NCBI RefSeq assembly: GCF_018977255.1
Contig: NW_024704742.1
Coordinates: forward strand, 64,358,001-64,422,000
From: Callorhinchus milii
Lineage: Eukaryota
DNA length: 64,000 nt
Direction of reading: 5' to 3'
This document shows positions 1-13,051 of the stretch, piece by piece. The position numbers and the translations under genes are program-made. The notes below the pieces were generated by a model. It ran no database searches. It was not told where the DNA came from and was given only the letters and a program-made list of their open reading frames with translations. Every line of letters starts with the position of its first letter. Position 1 is the stretch's first letter.

Positions 1-1089
1 TGTTCACACCAGTCTTAGTCTTTACACTTTTCATGTGGCATAATTGCATATGCTTTTCCAAGTTTATTTGTGAAACATCAACTGGATTACCCTAAAATAT
101 ATACTCAGTATTTTTCACAAACAATTACATAAATAGGATTTGTTGATTATCGCTTATTCCTCACCTTTTCATAATGTTTGCCCATCTGCTAAGATAAGGC
201 CAGTTTAAGGGGTAATTCCTTTTTTTAAAAAAAGACTATACAAAAGTAACATTCAGACCATGTGTTAGGTTTAAATATTCTTATGGAAAATGGTAATTGT
301 GTTAGAGATGGTACAAAAGTGTGACAAAAGAATAGTACACGCCCAACTACAGAAGAATTAAGGTTTTGATACGTTTAACCATGGTGATGGAGTTTCTGCA
401 TGTGTCAAGACACCTGGCTAACCAAATAAAGATAGCATTTACATGAGTAAAAAACAAATTCTGGCTTTGCTGGTTTTCAAACTGATGTTAAAGACTTGTT
501 GGAATAAAAAGTCCATCACAAAATACAAAAATCTATTAATTTTACAGTTTAATCCAATTCTAGATCATGTAATTCTACAATTACACAGAATGATATGGCA
601 TGGAACATAGGAACAGGAGTAGGCTATTCAGCCCCTCAAGTCTGTTCTGCCATTCTATATGATCGTGGCTGATCTGTACCTCAACTCCAATTACCCATCC
701 TGACCCCATATGCCTTTACCTAACAAATATAATGAGGATAACCATTCAGCCCAACTAGTCTGGGTGTTTGTACTGCACATGTGCCTCTATTCCCTTCTGA
801 TTTGTGTATGCATCAAGATTCTGCTTAAATATTTTGATGCTTTTGATTCAACCACAGCATCTGACAGTGAGTGCCATGTTCTCGGTCCCCTCTGCGTGAA
901 GAAATTAACTAGGTGTCTAATGCACCATTCTACTACCAAAATACTAGTTTTAACTAAGCGTGCAGTGGAGAATTACATCACAATGAGGATGCTGAGCCGA
1001 TGTGTTCAAGGTGTCACAATTGTTTCCATCAGGGTTTTTGTTAAGGTTTTATGAATTCAGTACACTCAGTAATCAATACATGTACTTCA

Positions 1090-1555
1090 ACAACTGGAAC
1101 AAATTACATTTGTATAGTGCCTTACACGATGAGACAGGCGCTGGACAGTCAAGGATTTGGACCTAAGCTGGGAGTTTGGATCGGGAGGGTTGGAGAGCAG
1201 CAGGGTAGGGATAGCAGGGTGACCGAAGGCATGGTCAAAGAGGAGGATCTTGAGGCAAGGGAGCGGGAAGAGGCAAAGGGACTGTGGGATGGAGTTCCAA
1301 AGGGTGGGGGCAGAAAGGCTGAAAGCCTGACCCCCTATGATGAGGCGGGCTGGGCAGGGCTGGAGCCTGCTGAGAGGAGTGAGCTGACAGGTCTGTATGG
1401 AGTTAGCAGGTCACTGAAGAGCAAGGCCGCAGAGGGCTTTGAAGACCAGGATGAGGATTTTGAACCTCTATCCGCTGAGGGATGGGGAGCCAGTGAAGTC
1501 AGACACGGTTGAGGGAGCTTGGTGCGGAAAGGACATGAGCTCCAGAAATTTTCCA
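1090..1555 (-). mobile_element. L2-clade LINE 3' fragment; related copies at about 17660-18005(+), 22900-23290(-), 35715-36360(-), 41990-42240(-), 50500-50836(+), 58195-58430(-)
   Basis: Recurrent C-rich 3' segment. The 17686 ORF shows the remnant PTFWNSIP..L.L..SLASFKAHLKTFLF. Tails of the gcgctatacaaatgtaatttgttgttg type. Confidence 0.75.
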
Positions 1556-2342
1556 CCTTTATTTGCTGCCCAGAACAGGGTCTTTGTTATGTGCAGTGCA
1601 GTGTAATCGGTCTATATTGAGGTTGAGAACAATATCTAAACACACAAAGATTCAAGGGTACTGAGCTGGTTGGAAACAGGTTTGTGCTGCAGCTCCTGAA
1701 ACCAACAGTGGTACCTACTGGTTGAATGGGGGAGAGCTAATTCCCACACTATTTAGGACTGGCTCCATTGCAGATCAGCAAACTGGATAATAGGATTTTA
1801 AGCAAAATACAAATTAGTTCCTGCTAAGAAAATTGTCTGATCAGGAGTTATACTATTCCTATAGCAGCCCCATGGCTACTTTCATGTCAGAGACCAATGG
1901 GGGATAAATAGACATGCAGAAAATAGCATTCTACCATATAGTGACATTGACAGAAGCTTATTAGCAGAATTTTATAATATCAATTATCCTTGCATTTGAT
2001 ATAGCGCCTTTTCACATCATTGAGATGTCTCCAAGTGCTTGACAGAATAAAGTGAATTGACTAATATTTTGTGGGAAATTTTAGGTTGTTCTCTAATTGG
2101 AAGGAGAAAATTGACAAAATGCAGGGAAGAGGGAAGAAAAATCCTGAAAACTTTACTTTAAAATTGCCTCACACACCTCCCAGTTTAGTATTCAAGTTGT
2201 TTTGTAAACACATTGTCACAAAGCTGGACGTGACATCATATTTTGCCTTGCCCAGAAAGTAGCCAAGCTGTTTCATTTCTCACACATCCCCTTTGGTGTC
2301 AAAACAGTGGTTCTTTTGCTTGTTGTCAAATCATAAAAAAAA

Positions 2343-2762
2343 ATGTTTGATTGGAAAGAATACATTGAGACTGTTCTGAACGACAGTACCATTGAGGACA
2401 TCGCAATCGTGGGATGCACACCAAAGAACAAGATAGTTTGGGCTTGCAAACCTGACGGGGTACTTGGCAATGTGACATCTGTGGAAGTGGAAGTGATCAT
2501 CGACAAGGACAGGAAGTCAATTCTCCAAAATGGAATCACCATTGGTGGAAAGAAATATTCTGTTATCAGAGACAACATGATGCTAGAAAAAGATCCATCA
2601 ATGGATATCAGAACACTTGGTGATGAGGGGAAGAGTATCTGTATTGGGAAATCATCCAAAGCATTGGTGTTCTTGATGGGTCACAAAGGAGTTCACGGAG
2701 GGGTTTTGAACAAGAAGATGCATGATATGGTTGATTTCTTAAATAAAAATGGCAGTATCTGA
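2343..2762 (+). CDS. PFN3: Intronless profilin, PFN3-like, 139 aa
   Basis: Single ORF with profilin hallmarks: DWKEYI (poly-proline-binding W/Y), DIAIVG, VWA, GITIGGKKYSVIRD, DIRT, LVFLMGHKGVHGGVLNKK. The N-terminus and the short loop after DIRT resemble PFN3 rather than PFN1/2, as recalled. Good start context (AAAATGT). The symbol means 'PFN3-like'; orthology is not proven. Confidence 0.9.
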   Translation: MFDWKEYIETVLNDSTIEDIAIVGCTPKNKIVWACKPDGVLGNVTSVEVEVIIDKDRKSILQNGITIGGKKYSVIRDNMMLEKDPSMDIRTLGDEGKSICIGKSSKALVFLMGHKGVHGGVLNKKMHDMVDFLNKNGSI

Positions 2763-5700
2763 TTACTGGCAGGATGAAAGCAGATGAACCCAAATCTTTT
2801 CATGTTTTTCCACTGAGAGAGGGTGAGTAGGGTTCATATTAGGTTCATTGTGAGATACTGGCAAAGGGTTCTGCCATGTGCTTTCACAGAATAATGAGCA
2901 AATTACAATAATCGACAGCAGGTACCCCATTAACCCTGAAACTCACTGTAAAATGCTGTGTCCATATCTGGACATGGTTGATAGCTTTAGAAATATTCAT
3001 AGTCATGGTACAACAGCAGTATTAATACTCTTAAATGGTATGTGAACAAGTTTAAGTGGTATTTCAAATCAAAACATGAGCAAAAGCAACTTTGGGAAAG
3101 TGCATTACAATATTTAATATACAGTATTTAATATACAGTTCAGCAATGCTGCTATGAAGGTATTAACAGAAGCCATAAATGATCATAAGGCATTATACAG
3201 TAGAGGACCCAAAATCCACACTAAATGGGAGTGGTATCATTGCAAATATCAAAACAGTGTGGATAATTGGTCTCTATACTTATGTGTATTTATCTTTCTC
3301 CTCTCCCTCTCCATCTGTGGGTGTGCTTCAATAATCCTCCACTGTCAAGCACTCTGAGATGCTACCCTGCGTGGGGAGCGCTATATAAATGCAAGTTGTT
3401 GTTGTAGCTTATCCCTCTAATTATTAATTTACCTGAATTAGTCAGGTGGTCAGCAAAAATTAAATCATTTACCAAGGACAAGCCTGCATTTTCATGCCAA
3501 GGGAAGCAAACAATATGTTGTAGATCATATTTTATTAAGAAAACAAAACCTCAAAAGGCAAAGTATTCCTTCAGTTGGGTGTAATAAAATATTCCAGAAT
3601 ACTTTCCTCTGGTACACCCATTCTATTCAAGTTGATTGATACAATATGAAGTTCTTTTTTATTTGACTGCAATAGGTTTCTACAGAATGATATTTAGCAG
3701 AGACAAGTACACCAGAAATTTAACACATATCCTTCTGCAAGCCACAACACAGAGTACATTTAGGAAAAAATAAATTAGTGAACGCACCTTTAACAAAGAT
3801 AACACAAACCAAAATGTATCACTCTGTCTTTAAAATTACATTTGCCAAACAAAAAATGATCTTACAAATAGACATTGCCACGTTTTTTTTATTGTCAGTG
3901 AACAGTTATTCCAAATCAATTAGTGCAGATCTCTCAGATGATGCTTTTCAGTAGAACTCCTTTGCTTGGAAAGGAGTCTGCATTCCTCTAGGGGATGGGT
4001 TTATGAGTGTCCCATGGTACAAATGGACATCCCCCACCCCACCCCACCCCCAACCACCCACCCCCAACAAAAGGGCATAGCCTTTCTATCTAAAAGCATT
4101 GACAAATTTAAGTTTGTTTGATGGCGTTTTAGTGCCTCTTTGAGTATAGATTGGATATCACACATGTAATGATATGTTTGATAGTATGTTTCACAGGTTT
4201 AGCAATGCTCAAGACTCGTGAGTTTCTCATGAGTGCCAGCATTAACTATAAAGCTCTTTCAATGAAACAACCCTCTTTATTTTGGGGTTTCTCCAGAGAG
4301 GATTAAACAATCTGATCCCAATGCAACTGAAGGACAGAAAGAAAGAGCACCATATTTTTACAGCTTCTTATCATGCTGAAATATCTCAAAGTACTTTACA
4401 GTAATGACTGTAAAGTGTATTATTTGTTTTTATAGGAAAATAAAGCAGCCATGTTGTGCACATGAGGGTCTGAAAAAGAGCCATGATACGAATGACCAAT
4501 TTAATAGGGAGGAGAAATGGCCAGGCACTGGGAGAAACATTCGTCTCTTTTTGAATAGTGGAATAGGATCAGTAGCATCCACTTGAGAAGGCAACTTCAA
4601 CAATGCAGCACACCCTCAATGCTGTACTGGAGGGCCACCAACAACAACTTGAATTTATATCGAGCTCGTCACATAGAATTTTATCTTTAGCCATCATGTA
4701 CTGTGAGCTCAAGTCCTGATGTGGAGCATGAATCCACAAATTTATGATCTAGCTGTAAGACTGATACCAATGAGCCTAGCTTACACCTGGGAATTATTGT
4801 ACATTTAGGAGTGATTTAAGATGTAATATATTAGTCCATCACACTTTGTCAGAGACACAAGGTCCAAATCCTATTGATTTCAGCCTTAGAACCATGAGAA
4901 GTTTGAAGCCTCTGGGTGTGATTATTAGGAGACATTATCCCAATCCAATTCTAGCCAACTTTGGAGAAAGTGCAAACATCCCAATTGCCAACTTAATCAA
5001 GTTTAATTGAACACCTTTTACAGGGAGTCTAATTGCATTAATAGTCTCCAACCATCTCTCAACCCTCATCACTGCAGACGAAATACTTCTGTACAATCTG
5101 CTCCTTAAGAGTTGGACCTTTTACAACAATAACTTATTTTTACCTTTTGATCTTGAAAGTATTCACTCGCAAGGTTTGCAATTTGTTTTTGTATCAAGAC
5201 AAACAATACAAACATTCGCTGAGTATTTTGTGTGCCAGCTTGGTTCAGTGGTAGCACTCTCCTTGTTGATAATAAAAAAAGTTTTGCCTCACATCCCAGA
5301 ACATATTAGTGGAGTAACCAAAGTTGAAATACTCATAGTTAAGTGTTTTACTCTCGAGCATGACTTCTGAAGCACAGTTCTTTAAAAGCTATATCAATTC
5401 TATAATACTGTAATATGCACAAGGCAGCATGTTCTCTCATCCCAAACTATTGAGTTATCAATAGCAAAGCCTGTACAGAGCAAAAATAGACACATAAGTT
5501 AACATGAATCATTTTGAAGTTATTACAAAATGAAGAGAATGTCTAAAATTCAAATGAAACAAACTTTTACTTTGCTTATTGAAGATTTAATCTCTCCCTC
5601 CAGCCTCCTCCACCTATTCCCACATTGTGGACTAGAAATCCAGCCTTTTTTCCATAAACTACAGCAAAGTAAACCTCTCTGACCGTGTTTTTCCGGCACC

Positions 5701-5842
5701 GAGTCATGTCTTAAACTTCAAACACTTTTCAAAAGTAAAAATGGATGTAAACATATTCCTCTGTGTGTGCTTCTGTAAAAAAAAATGAACTGATTCTCTA
5801 TAGTTGCCACTTGTTGTGATTGCGTTGTAAATATCCCTAAGT

Positions 5843-6109
5843 CAGGGTGGTCCAACTGGTGGCCCGGGGGCCGCATCCGGCCCGGGGGATGATTTTATTT
5901 GGCCCGTGAACCATTCCCAACTTTGTTTTCCGACAAGCAAATACAAGCGACGTGGAAGTGTTGAGCCGATCAGGAGACAGTCACCGGGGTCTCAGGTTCT
6001 GCCTTGCAATGGGGACTGGCCAATCCGGATAAAATATTGCTTATGTGACCCACGGATGTTTCTCAAACTGGCCTCCAGCCCTCAGCAGCCAAAAGGTAGG
6101 ACCACCCTG
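5843..6109. mobile_element. Non-autonomous hAT (Charlie-like) DNA transposon
   Basis: 11-bp TIR CAGGGTGGTCC/GGACCACCCTG, subterminal GGCCC..GGGCCGCATCCGGCCC motif, and degenerate 8-bp flanks ccctaagt/atctaagg. Confidence 0.75.
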
Positions 6110-8714
6110 ATCTAAGGGATTGACTTCAGGAAATTGCCCCATTTTGAACTGAGCCCCAGGATTCTGATCTGACTACGAGCTGTTCGAACAGAGTTCTTTC
6201 TGCTAACAGCATGGAGGAAATCTAGATCAGCCACAGTCCTGCCCAAGTCTAAGCAAGAGATGAATGTCTCACACCACATTGCTAAACAAGGTAATGCCCT
6301 GCTAAACAAGGTAATAGCTGAGATGCAGCTATGGGCAGCAGAATTCTTGCCTGTAGAAAATTAATTAAAAAGCTACTTTAAGAAAATCTCACTATGTAAA
6401 ACATTCAAAACAAACCTTCAGGATATTAAAAATTCAACACAAGTATCTCAAAACGAGTCTACCTGTACAGTAATAAATATCAGTAATAAATATTAATTCC
6501 TCATCATAAACCTAATTCTTTAATCTTCCATGTATAAAGATTGACTACATCTGCGTTCTAGGCGCTTTTTATTACTTAATAAGAATATATTTTTATTCTT
6601 ATTTTTGTGCGAGTTTTGCCCACAAAATATACAGTCAATTCACTTTTCCGTGTATTCTATGAAGCGCTTTAAGATGTCTCAAATACATGATAAGACGCTA
6701 TATCAAATCCAAGGATTATTATTATTATTAATTGTGCATTGTTCATCTGCCCCCTGCTGACCAGGGAGGCAAGAAAACACTACATAGGAAGCATCATTGT
6801 ACAAGTCTGTTAGAGCTGAACCTCATATCTAGCAGCTTTTTCAATTCAGCAGACAAAGGCTTGGCGAATGTGAAATGATCAACTTAAATCTCTAATCTAT
6901 CTTTAGTCACCATTAAAAGCTTAAATATGACTTTAAAAGAAGTAGTTAGGTGTTGGGTTCACAAAGTGACAATAAACCTTACTCCCTAACTGCTGGTTCC
7001 CAACGAGGCACAGATTAGTCCCTATTGATATGACATTGCAAGAGAGGGCAACAGAACCATTACACATTAAGATTACAGCAGTAAACCTGAACCAGAAATG
7101 AGGTTGAATAATATATAAATAAATACAATATAAATACACATAACAATAATTAATCCAAGGGGGGGTGGGGGGGGGAAATCTTTCCGTCAAAGCTCCTCTT
7201 GCAGTTTTTTTGTTCTTTTCTTGAATTTCCTTTTGGTTTATAATTGTGAACGATTTGTCACAAATGTCAAAAAGACATCTGTGCTTTCTATTGAATCGGC
7301 AGGACTTACTGGTAAAAGAAATAGACCTTAAGACCCTGATAGGCAGTAACTGGTATAAATAACTGTGCAATAATGCAAACATGTTTTGAACTGAATTTTA
7401 AACCTTAAAAAAAAGCACAGTTAACTTCTCAAAATTGCTAAACTTGCGCTACAACTGACTATATATTGCATTGCAAAATAAGGCATTCTCTTACACAAAA
7501 TAATGTGTAAATTGTTGTCTGAATTTAAGAACAGTAACTAAAAATACGGAAGATGATTTGTTGTACTTATTGGGATCAGCTCACTGGTGATTTTAGCATC
7601 ACCATAAGTAACATTCGGCATTGATATTGCAACCAAATCTAAGATAAAAAATTAAACTGCCCGAATTTCTAAAAAAAAAGTCAAGCTCTATGCAAGTTGG
7701 AGGAAGAACAATATACATTAAACTGAAAAACGATTTACATAACTATAGTTGTAATGTGAAACAAGTGGCATTCTGGGCTGCTTAACAGAAGATGAAGCCT
7801 TGGCTCTTGCCCACCTGCACCAAATGCTTTCCGGAATTAGGCAAACAGGATGTGTCCCTCCAGGGGGAGAGAGCGCGTTCCATTCCAACACTCTATCCCT
7901 GGGATTTCCATGTGTAGGTGGGATGCAGGGAAATCTCAGTTTGGTTTGGAGATCTTAAGCATGGGGATGGGTTTCTGCAGGTGTCAAGACACCCGGCTGA
8001 CCACAAACAAATAACAGAAGATGACTCTTCCCAGTCTTACTTCCAGAGCTATTAAAAATCCATCAGCAGCTGAACGGCAGTGCAGGAGTGTGGCAGCACC
8101 ACAGCTGACAGCGAACACTCCATTAACAGAACACCTCAACATCAGAAGAGAATTGAGTCGGTTCCCCAGCACCAGTTACACATCTGGGACTCTGAATTCA
8201 GTGCTGTGCCTGTCAAAACCCTGACGTGCTCCCTTACATGATGTGCCAAGCTCAGCGAGAGTGCTGGCCACAGGGAGAAAAGGCAGAGGATGGCAGAGAT
8301 CCACTGTGCTCTGCTATATTGGTGACTCTGCAGATTTCCATCTCACTCCACTGATGTGGATTTTTGACCCATGGCCCCCAGAGACAAAAAGAAACAGACT
8401 ACAGTCTGCGTCTCCTGTCCCTAGCCATCACATCACCCTAGTTGCTGACGTTGAATGACCTAAACGGCAGCTTGAAGATTGAGTATTGTAAAGACTTAAT
8501 ATATTCATTGCAGTCAATATGCTGCACAAAATACATTGCTCTGAATAGTCCATTGTAGTGGAGAGAGAGCACTGTACTCAAAAAGCAACATCAGAATGGT
8601 AGTTGGACAGCCACCTGCCCTCAGTATCGACACCCATTCTGACCCTGGGTAATCTTAAGTACTGAATGAATGAAAGAAAACAAAGCGGTCTCTATATCTG
8701 GCAACATCGCTGGA

Positions 8715-8851
8715 TCACTGCAGCGCTCCTTTCCGCTTCTGTTCCAGCTCCTGTAACCGCTCCTCACGATTCTGAGCGTGCTGTGTTCCCACCTTGTGTG
8801 CTGTTTCTGTGGCTGTGATATCAATCTGGGCATATTTGGATGAACTTGCTC
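8715..8851 (-). CDS. DOK7: DOK7 long-isoform last coding exon (GASSSKYAQIDITATETAHKVGTQHAQNREERLQELEQKRKGALQ*)
   Basis: acacag|GA acceptor, open to TGA at 8715-8717. Matches the YAQIDI.ATETAH C-terminus recalled from the long human isoform. Confidence 0.9.
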
Positions 8852-10034
8852 CTGTGTCAAATAGATAAGCATCATGAGTAAATGAAGAAATGGGAATTTA
8901 AGAAAAACACACCTGGAACAGAATAGCAGGAAGCATGATTGAGGACAAAATATCAATACTGAGATAGTTAGCCAGACCCGGCCCAAAATCTAAAGATTAA
9001 ATTACTATGAACAAAGATTTCTGCTGGCCGTGTGCAGAATCCTACTGACCCAACTCTCCTCGTGGCTGCCAACACAGCGCTGGCAGCCTCACCGTGATCG
9101 CTGGCCTTCACTGTGACCAGGGATATCGACCTTGATACAGATTGAATCCAGTGAGCAGAAAATAGATCAGTTGCTATCTTCTGCTTGTGGGATTCAAACA
9201 ATTACAACATTAGTTGTGGCATTTACAAGCATTTTTGAAACACACACTAAATTATAATTACACTTAGCTGAACATTGTGGTTTATCAGACCGGCTAGCCT
9301 GAGCTTAAGTGTAGTTGCATTGAGATAGATGTATTGAAACAGTGATAATGTACTGAGACAGCGATATTCAGCGTGATACTGAGACAGGGATGTACAGATA
9401 GCTGTACTGAGATAGCTGTATTGAGATTTGTAATCCTTGCATTTGATATAGAGCCTTATCACGTCGTTGAGACATCTCAAAGCTCTCATAGGATATATTG
9501 TAAAGTGAATTAACTGTGTATTTTGTGGGTGAAACGTGGCAGCTAATTGCGCACAGCAGTGTCCCACAAACAGTCATGGATTGAGTAACCAATTTCTTTT
9601 TGAGGGATTATTACCCTGGGAAAACGATTCACCAATCGGCTTCAACCAGGTTCCCACTTACTGCTTGGTAAACTGGCCTGAGGTTTCGCCCTGGCCAGAA
9701 ATCAAACCCAGGTCCTCTCGATTTCGAAGCTTGAGAGATTGAATTGTAAACCTTATACTTACCTTTGTCTCCCGCTCCCCTCCCTCACCGGAGACACTTG
9801 CATCTAAAGATGTGAGGGGAGCAAGTGTTTGTAACATGACTGTCTGTAAAAGCAACTTTAAATATAGTCATATTGAGCGAGTGATATTAAGAGACACGTC
9901 TATTGAGTTGTATCGAGACAGAGAAATTGCTAATTGTATTGAGATAGTTGCATTGGACAAAAAGCTAAAGGCAGTAATAAACTCCTTTAACTTTGATGAA
10001 GAATTGTGATGTGCTACTCAGTTTGTTGTGTTAC

Positions 10035-10166
10035 CTCGAATTGCAGGGCTGGGTTCCTGGAGCTCTAGTTCCATGTAATGCAATTGTTTCTTTGACGCTG
10101 GGCTGACTGGGATATTCACATAAGTGACTCCTTCACAGCGAGGTCTATCTGCCACTGGAGCTTCAG
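10035..10166 (-). CDS. DOK7: DOK7 long-isoform penultimate exon (EAPVADRPRCEGVTYVNIPVSPASKKQLHYMELELQEPSPAIR)
   Basis: 132 nt, atccag|CT...CGAG|gtaaca. Matches the TYVNIPVSP..KQLHYM segment recalled from the long human DOK7 isoform. Confidence 0.9.
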
Positions 10167-10911
10167 CTGGATAAACAAACACTCCTCCTAGTGGGAGAGA
10201 GAAGATTTACAGAAAGTAATCATAATCAGCAGTTTTCTTTTCACTTTCCCTACCTAGCAAGATATAATAATTTTCATATAACAATAATCACATTTGGGAT
10301 AATCCCTTTCATGAAGGGAAAAGGGATGTCTGGAAGTGAAACAAAAACAGAAGTCGCTGGGAACACTCAGCAGGTCAGGCAGCATCTATGGAGAAAATGG
10401 GGTAGAGAACAGGGGATGATGGGTTACAGCCCTCTGGCCTCAATATTGATTTTGAAAATTTCAGACCATAACAGCTCACCTTCCCCCTCCCCCTCTTCTG
10501 TGACCATTACCACATCACCTGGGTCGCAGACACACTTTTTTATTCTCTGGTCTGCCTACTTTGTTGCAGAGGAAGTGGTCGGGTGGGTGGGTTGGTTAGT
10601 TACCAAGACCTGAACTATGTGACAAGGTTAGTCACAAGTTTTGCTGAAAAGGAACATTTGGTGCTATTTATTCAAACAAGTCAATTTCAAAACAAGTTGT
10701 TTTAATAACAACTTTTAACAGAGAAGTAGATAATTATTTGGGGAGGACACGTTTGCAGGGCTATGGGGAGAGAGCCGGGTAGTGGGAATGATTTGGGTAG
10801 CTCTTTTCAAAAGCCGACACAGACACGATGGGCCAAATAGCCTCCTTCTGTGCTGTATAATTCTATGATTCTATGATACTAAGTCAAGCACGTGCGTTTC
10901 AAGGTGTTTAC

Positions 10912-10975
10912 CAGATAATTTCTTTGTTTCAATGCTGCCTGAAGATTCGTCTTCTGAAAGAAGAAAGCCTTTCTC
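10912..10975 (-). CDS. DOK7: DOK7 long-isoform candidate exon (EKGFLLSEDESSGSIETKKLS)
   Basis: 64 nt, ttcacag|GAG...TCTG|gtaaac, phase 0 to 1; restores the frame into 10035-10166. Confidence 0.5.
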
Positions 10976-11994
10976 CTGTGAAGGCCAAGGTCAAAACATC
11001 AGTTGCAGAACAAGACAAATTGGATTGTAAATATGAATTGTAACGATTCTGCTAAAATCACATGTATTTATTTCCTCTCCAATAGATTTTCCTCCAATTT
11101 TTTCCCCTCTCCAAAAGATATTTGACTTTTTTCCTGCTAATGAGACACAGCTCCCCAGAATCCCCTCATCCACATTTACCTCACCTAAATGGTCATGATT
11201 CATGTGTGAACCTTGAGTGCAAATATTGCTGCTTAGTTGACAGTGGGGGGACATCACGCCCAAGCCAATGTTGTTCTTCCTTCTAGCTGGGGATTCTCAA
11301 TAATTTACCTTCTGGAAAGATTCCTGCTGCTTTTTCCAGCTAGGACGACCCTAGGACTATGGCTTGCAAGGTTAATAGGAGCTGAGTGGATGACTCCCTG
11401 CCCCCAGTGACTGGTCTGCCCCTTCCAGGTCCTGCTGTTGAGCCAGGCCGGGCTGTGCTGTCATCAGCAGTGCCCTGGAATACTGCGGCCCCACCTGGCT
11501 CAGGAACCAGACTAGAGACTGTCACAGAGGATTGGCTCCGTTCTATCTTTCCATTGACAAGCATGTCACCTTGGAACCAGTTCAGCTCAAAGGAGACCCC
11601 GCTTATCTCCCTCCACCCAAGCAGGATAGGCCATACTGATAGAAAGTGGGAACCCTGATTGGTTTTCTCAGTTTCTCAGAAATACTGAGTGCAACTGCAG
11701 CACCAAGTTCTGGGTGGGATCAGCTAATATGCAGAGATTGTAACCCGCGAACTTCTACTGAACAGCCTAGTGAGGCACTTGGAGCCAAGATTGTACCTTT
11801 ACCCACTGGGGCACCAGAAGAGATCAATCCATGGACCACATCTTCTGTCGTGACACTTCTTATGTCCACAAACCCCACCCCCAGCACCACAATGAACAAA
11901 GCATTAAAATGTAAACATATAGTGTTTAAATCTGTGTTCTTTTAGGTTATTTGCCAGCTGGGACTTTTTACTACAGAATTTACGGTGAAGTTAC

Positions 11995-12068
11995 CTTTTT
12001 TGGTTTAAGACCCATGACGTCCAGATGTGTCCCTTGCCCTTTATGGAGCTTTAAGCTGCCAGTTGGAC
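11995..12068 (-). CDS. DOK7: DOK7 long-isoform candidate exon (GPTGSLKLHKGQGTHLDVMGLKPKK)
   Basis: 74 nt, caacag|GT...AAG|gtaact, phase 1 to 0. In frame only when paired with 10912-10975. Confidence 0.5.
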
Positions 12069-12168
12069 CTGTTGCCAGAAACATCAAAACAATGATTTAC
12101 ACTGAAATTCTATATTATATTATTAGAATAGCCACATATATTATACTGTGATAGTGAGTGAACCTTAC

Positions 12169-12238
12169 CTTCTCCCTCTAACAATAGCTTCTGGTGTCCA
12201 CAGCTGGCCATATATTCATATCCACTGCCTTTCTCTAC
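12169..12238 (-). CDS. DOK7: DOK7 long-isoform exon (VEKGSGYEYMASCGHQKLLLEGE)
   Basis: 70 nt, ttacag|GTA...GAAG|gtaagg, phase 0 to 1; carries a YxxM motif. Confidence 0.72.
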
Positions 12239-12956
12239 CTGTAAGTCAAAGGTGAATCGATTGGTGAGACAATGTATAAGATACTCTCTGCTTGGCGATT
12301 TTTAAGAAAAGTTACAGAATAATATATTTTACAAAGACTTCAGTGAATACAATGAATGCATTCCTCTCATGTATCATAAATACATTTGAGCCATATCTAC
12401 AACTTACAAAAGATAAGAACAAGTGTACAGAACCAGAAAAGACTATTGCAGGCTATCTGTCTGGTCCCAGGATAAATCAACTATTTATCAATAAAATCCC
12501 AAAGAATAGGGTGGTCCCTCCTGGGCAAACGACAGGATGTTTGCTAGTCTGTGTTCTTATTACCATTACATGTGGTTTTATAGCTGATTCAACTCCAGCC
12601 GTACCTCAACATACACTCTGGGGTCCCTGAGCCTTGGCTCTTGCCAACCAGCAGCTAATCTTTCTGGGATTAGGTGAGCAGGGTGCGTTCTTTCTGAAAT
12701 GTGTTCTCCATTGCATAATGTGATATTTCCATACATGTGCGGAACTCTTATCAGTTTGGATTGGATACTTTGAGGTATGGTGATTAGCTTCCAAGTACAC
12801 CAGACACCCATCTGACCAAAAGAAATGCAAGCTGCAATCTACAGGCATTTAAAATCAAATCAAAGCTTATAATATATGACTGCTCTTTACATTGCCCCTT
12901 CTCCTGCAATTTCTCTTTGGTGTTATCTGAATGTTTTTCCTATTGAGATTTCTCAC

Positions 12957-13051
12957 CTCAGCTTGTTTATCTGTTGCCAGAGCCTCCATAAACTCGTACG
13001 TCTGTCCTGTTCCTGTCTTGTGCCTTTCCTCCTTTTTCTTTGGCTTCTTAT
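12957..13051 (-). CDS. DOK7: DOK7 long-isoform exon (DKKPKKKEERHKTGTGQTYEFMEALATDKQAE)
   Basis: 95 nt, cttcag|AT...GAG|gtgaga, phase 1 to 0; carries a YxxM motif. Confidence 0.7.

Noticed and set aside
1051..1512. 153-aa ORF
   Set aside because: Antisense reading of an L2 3' fragment that recurs several times in the window.
2343..2762. Profilin as a processed pseudogene
   Set aside because: The ORF is full-length with family motifs intact, and there is no poly(A) remnant or TSD. PFN3-type genes are naturally intronless.
8621..8986. 121-aa minus-strand ORF
   Set aside because: It overlaps the true DOK7 last exon in a different frame; the conserved peptide is in the 8715-8851 frame.
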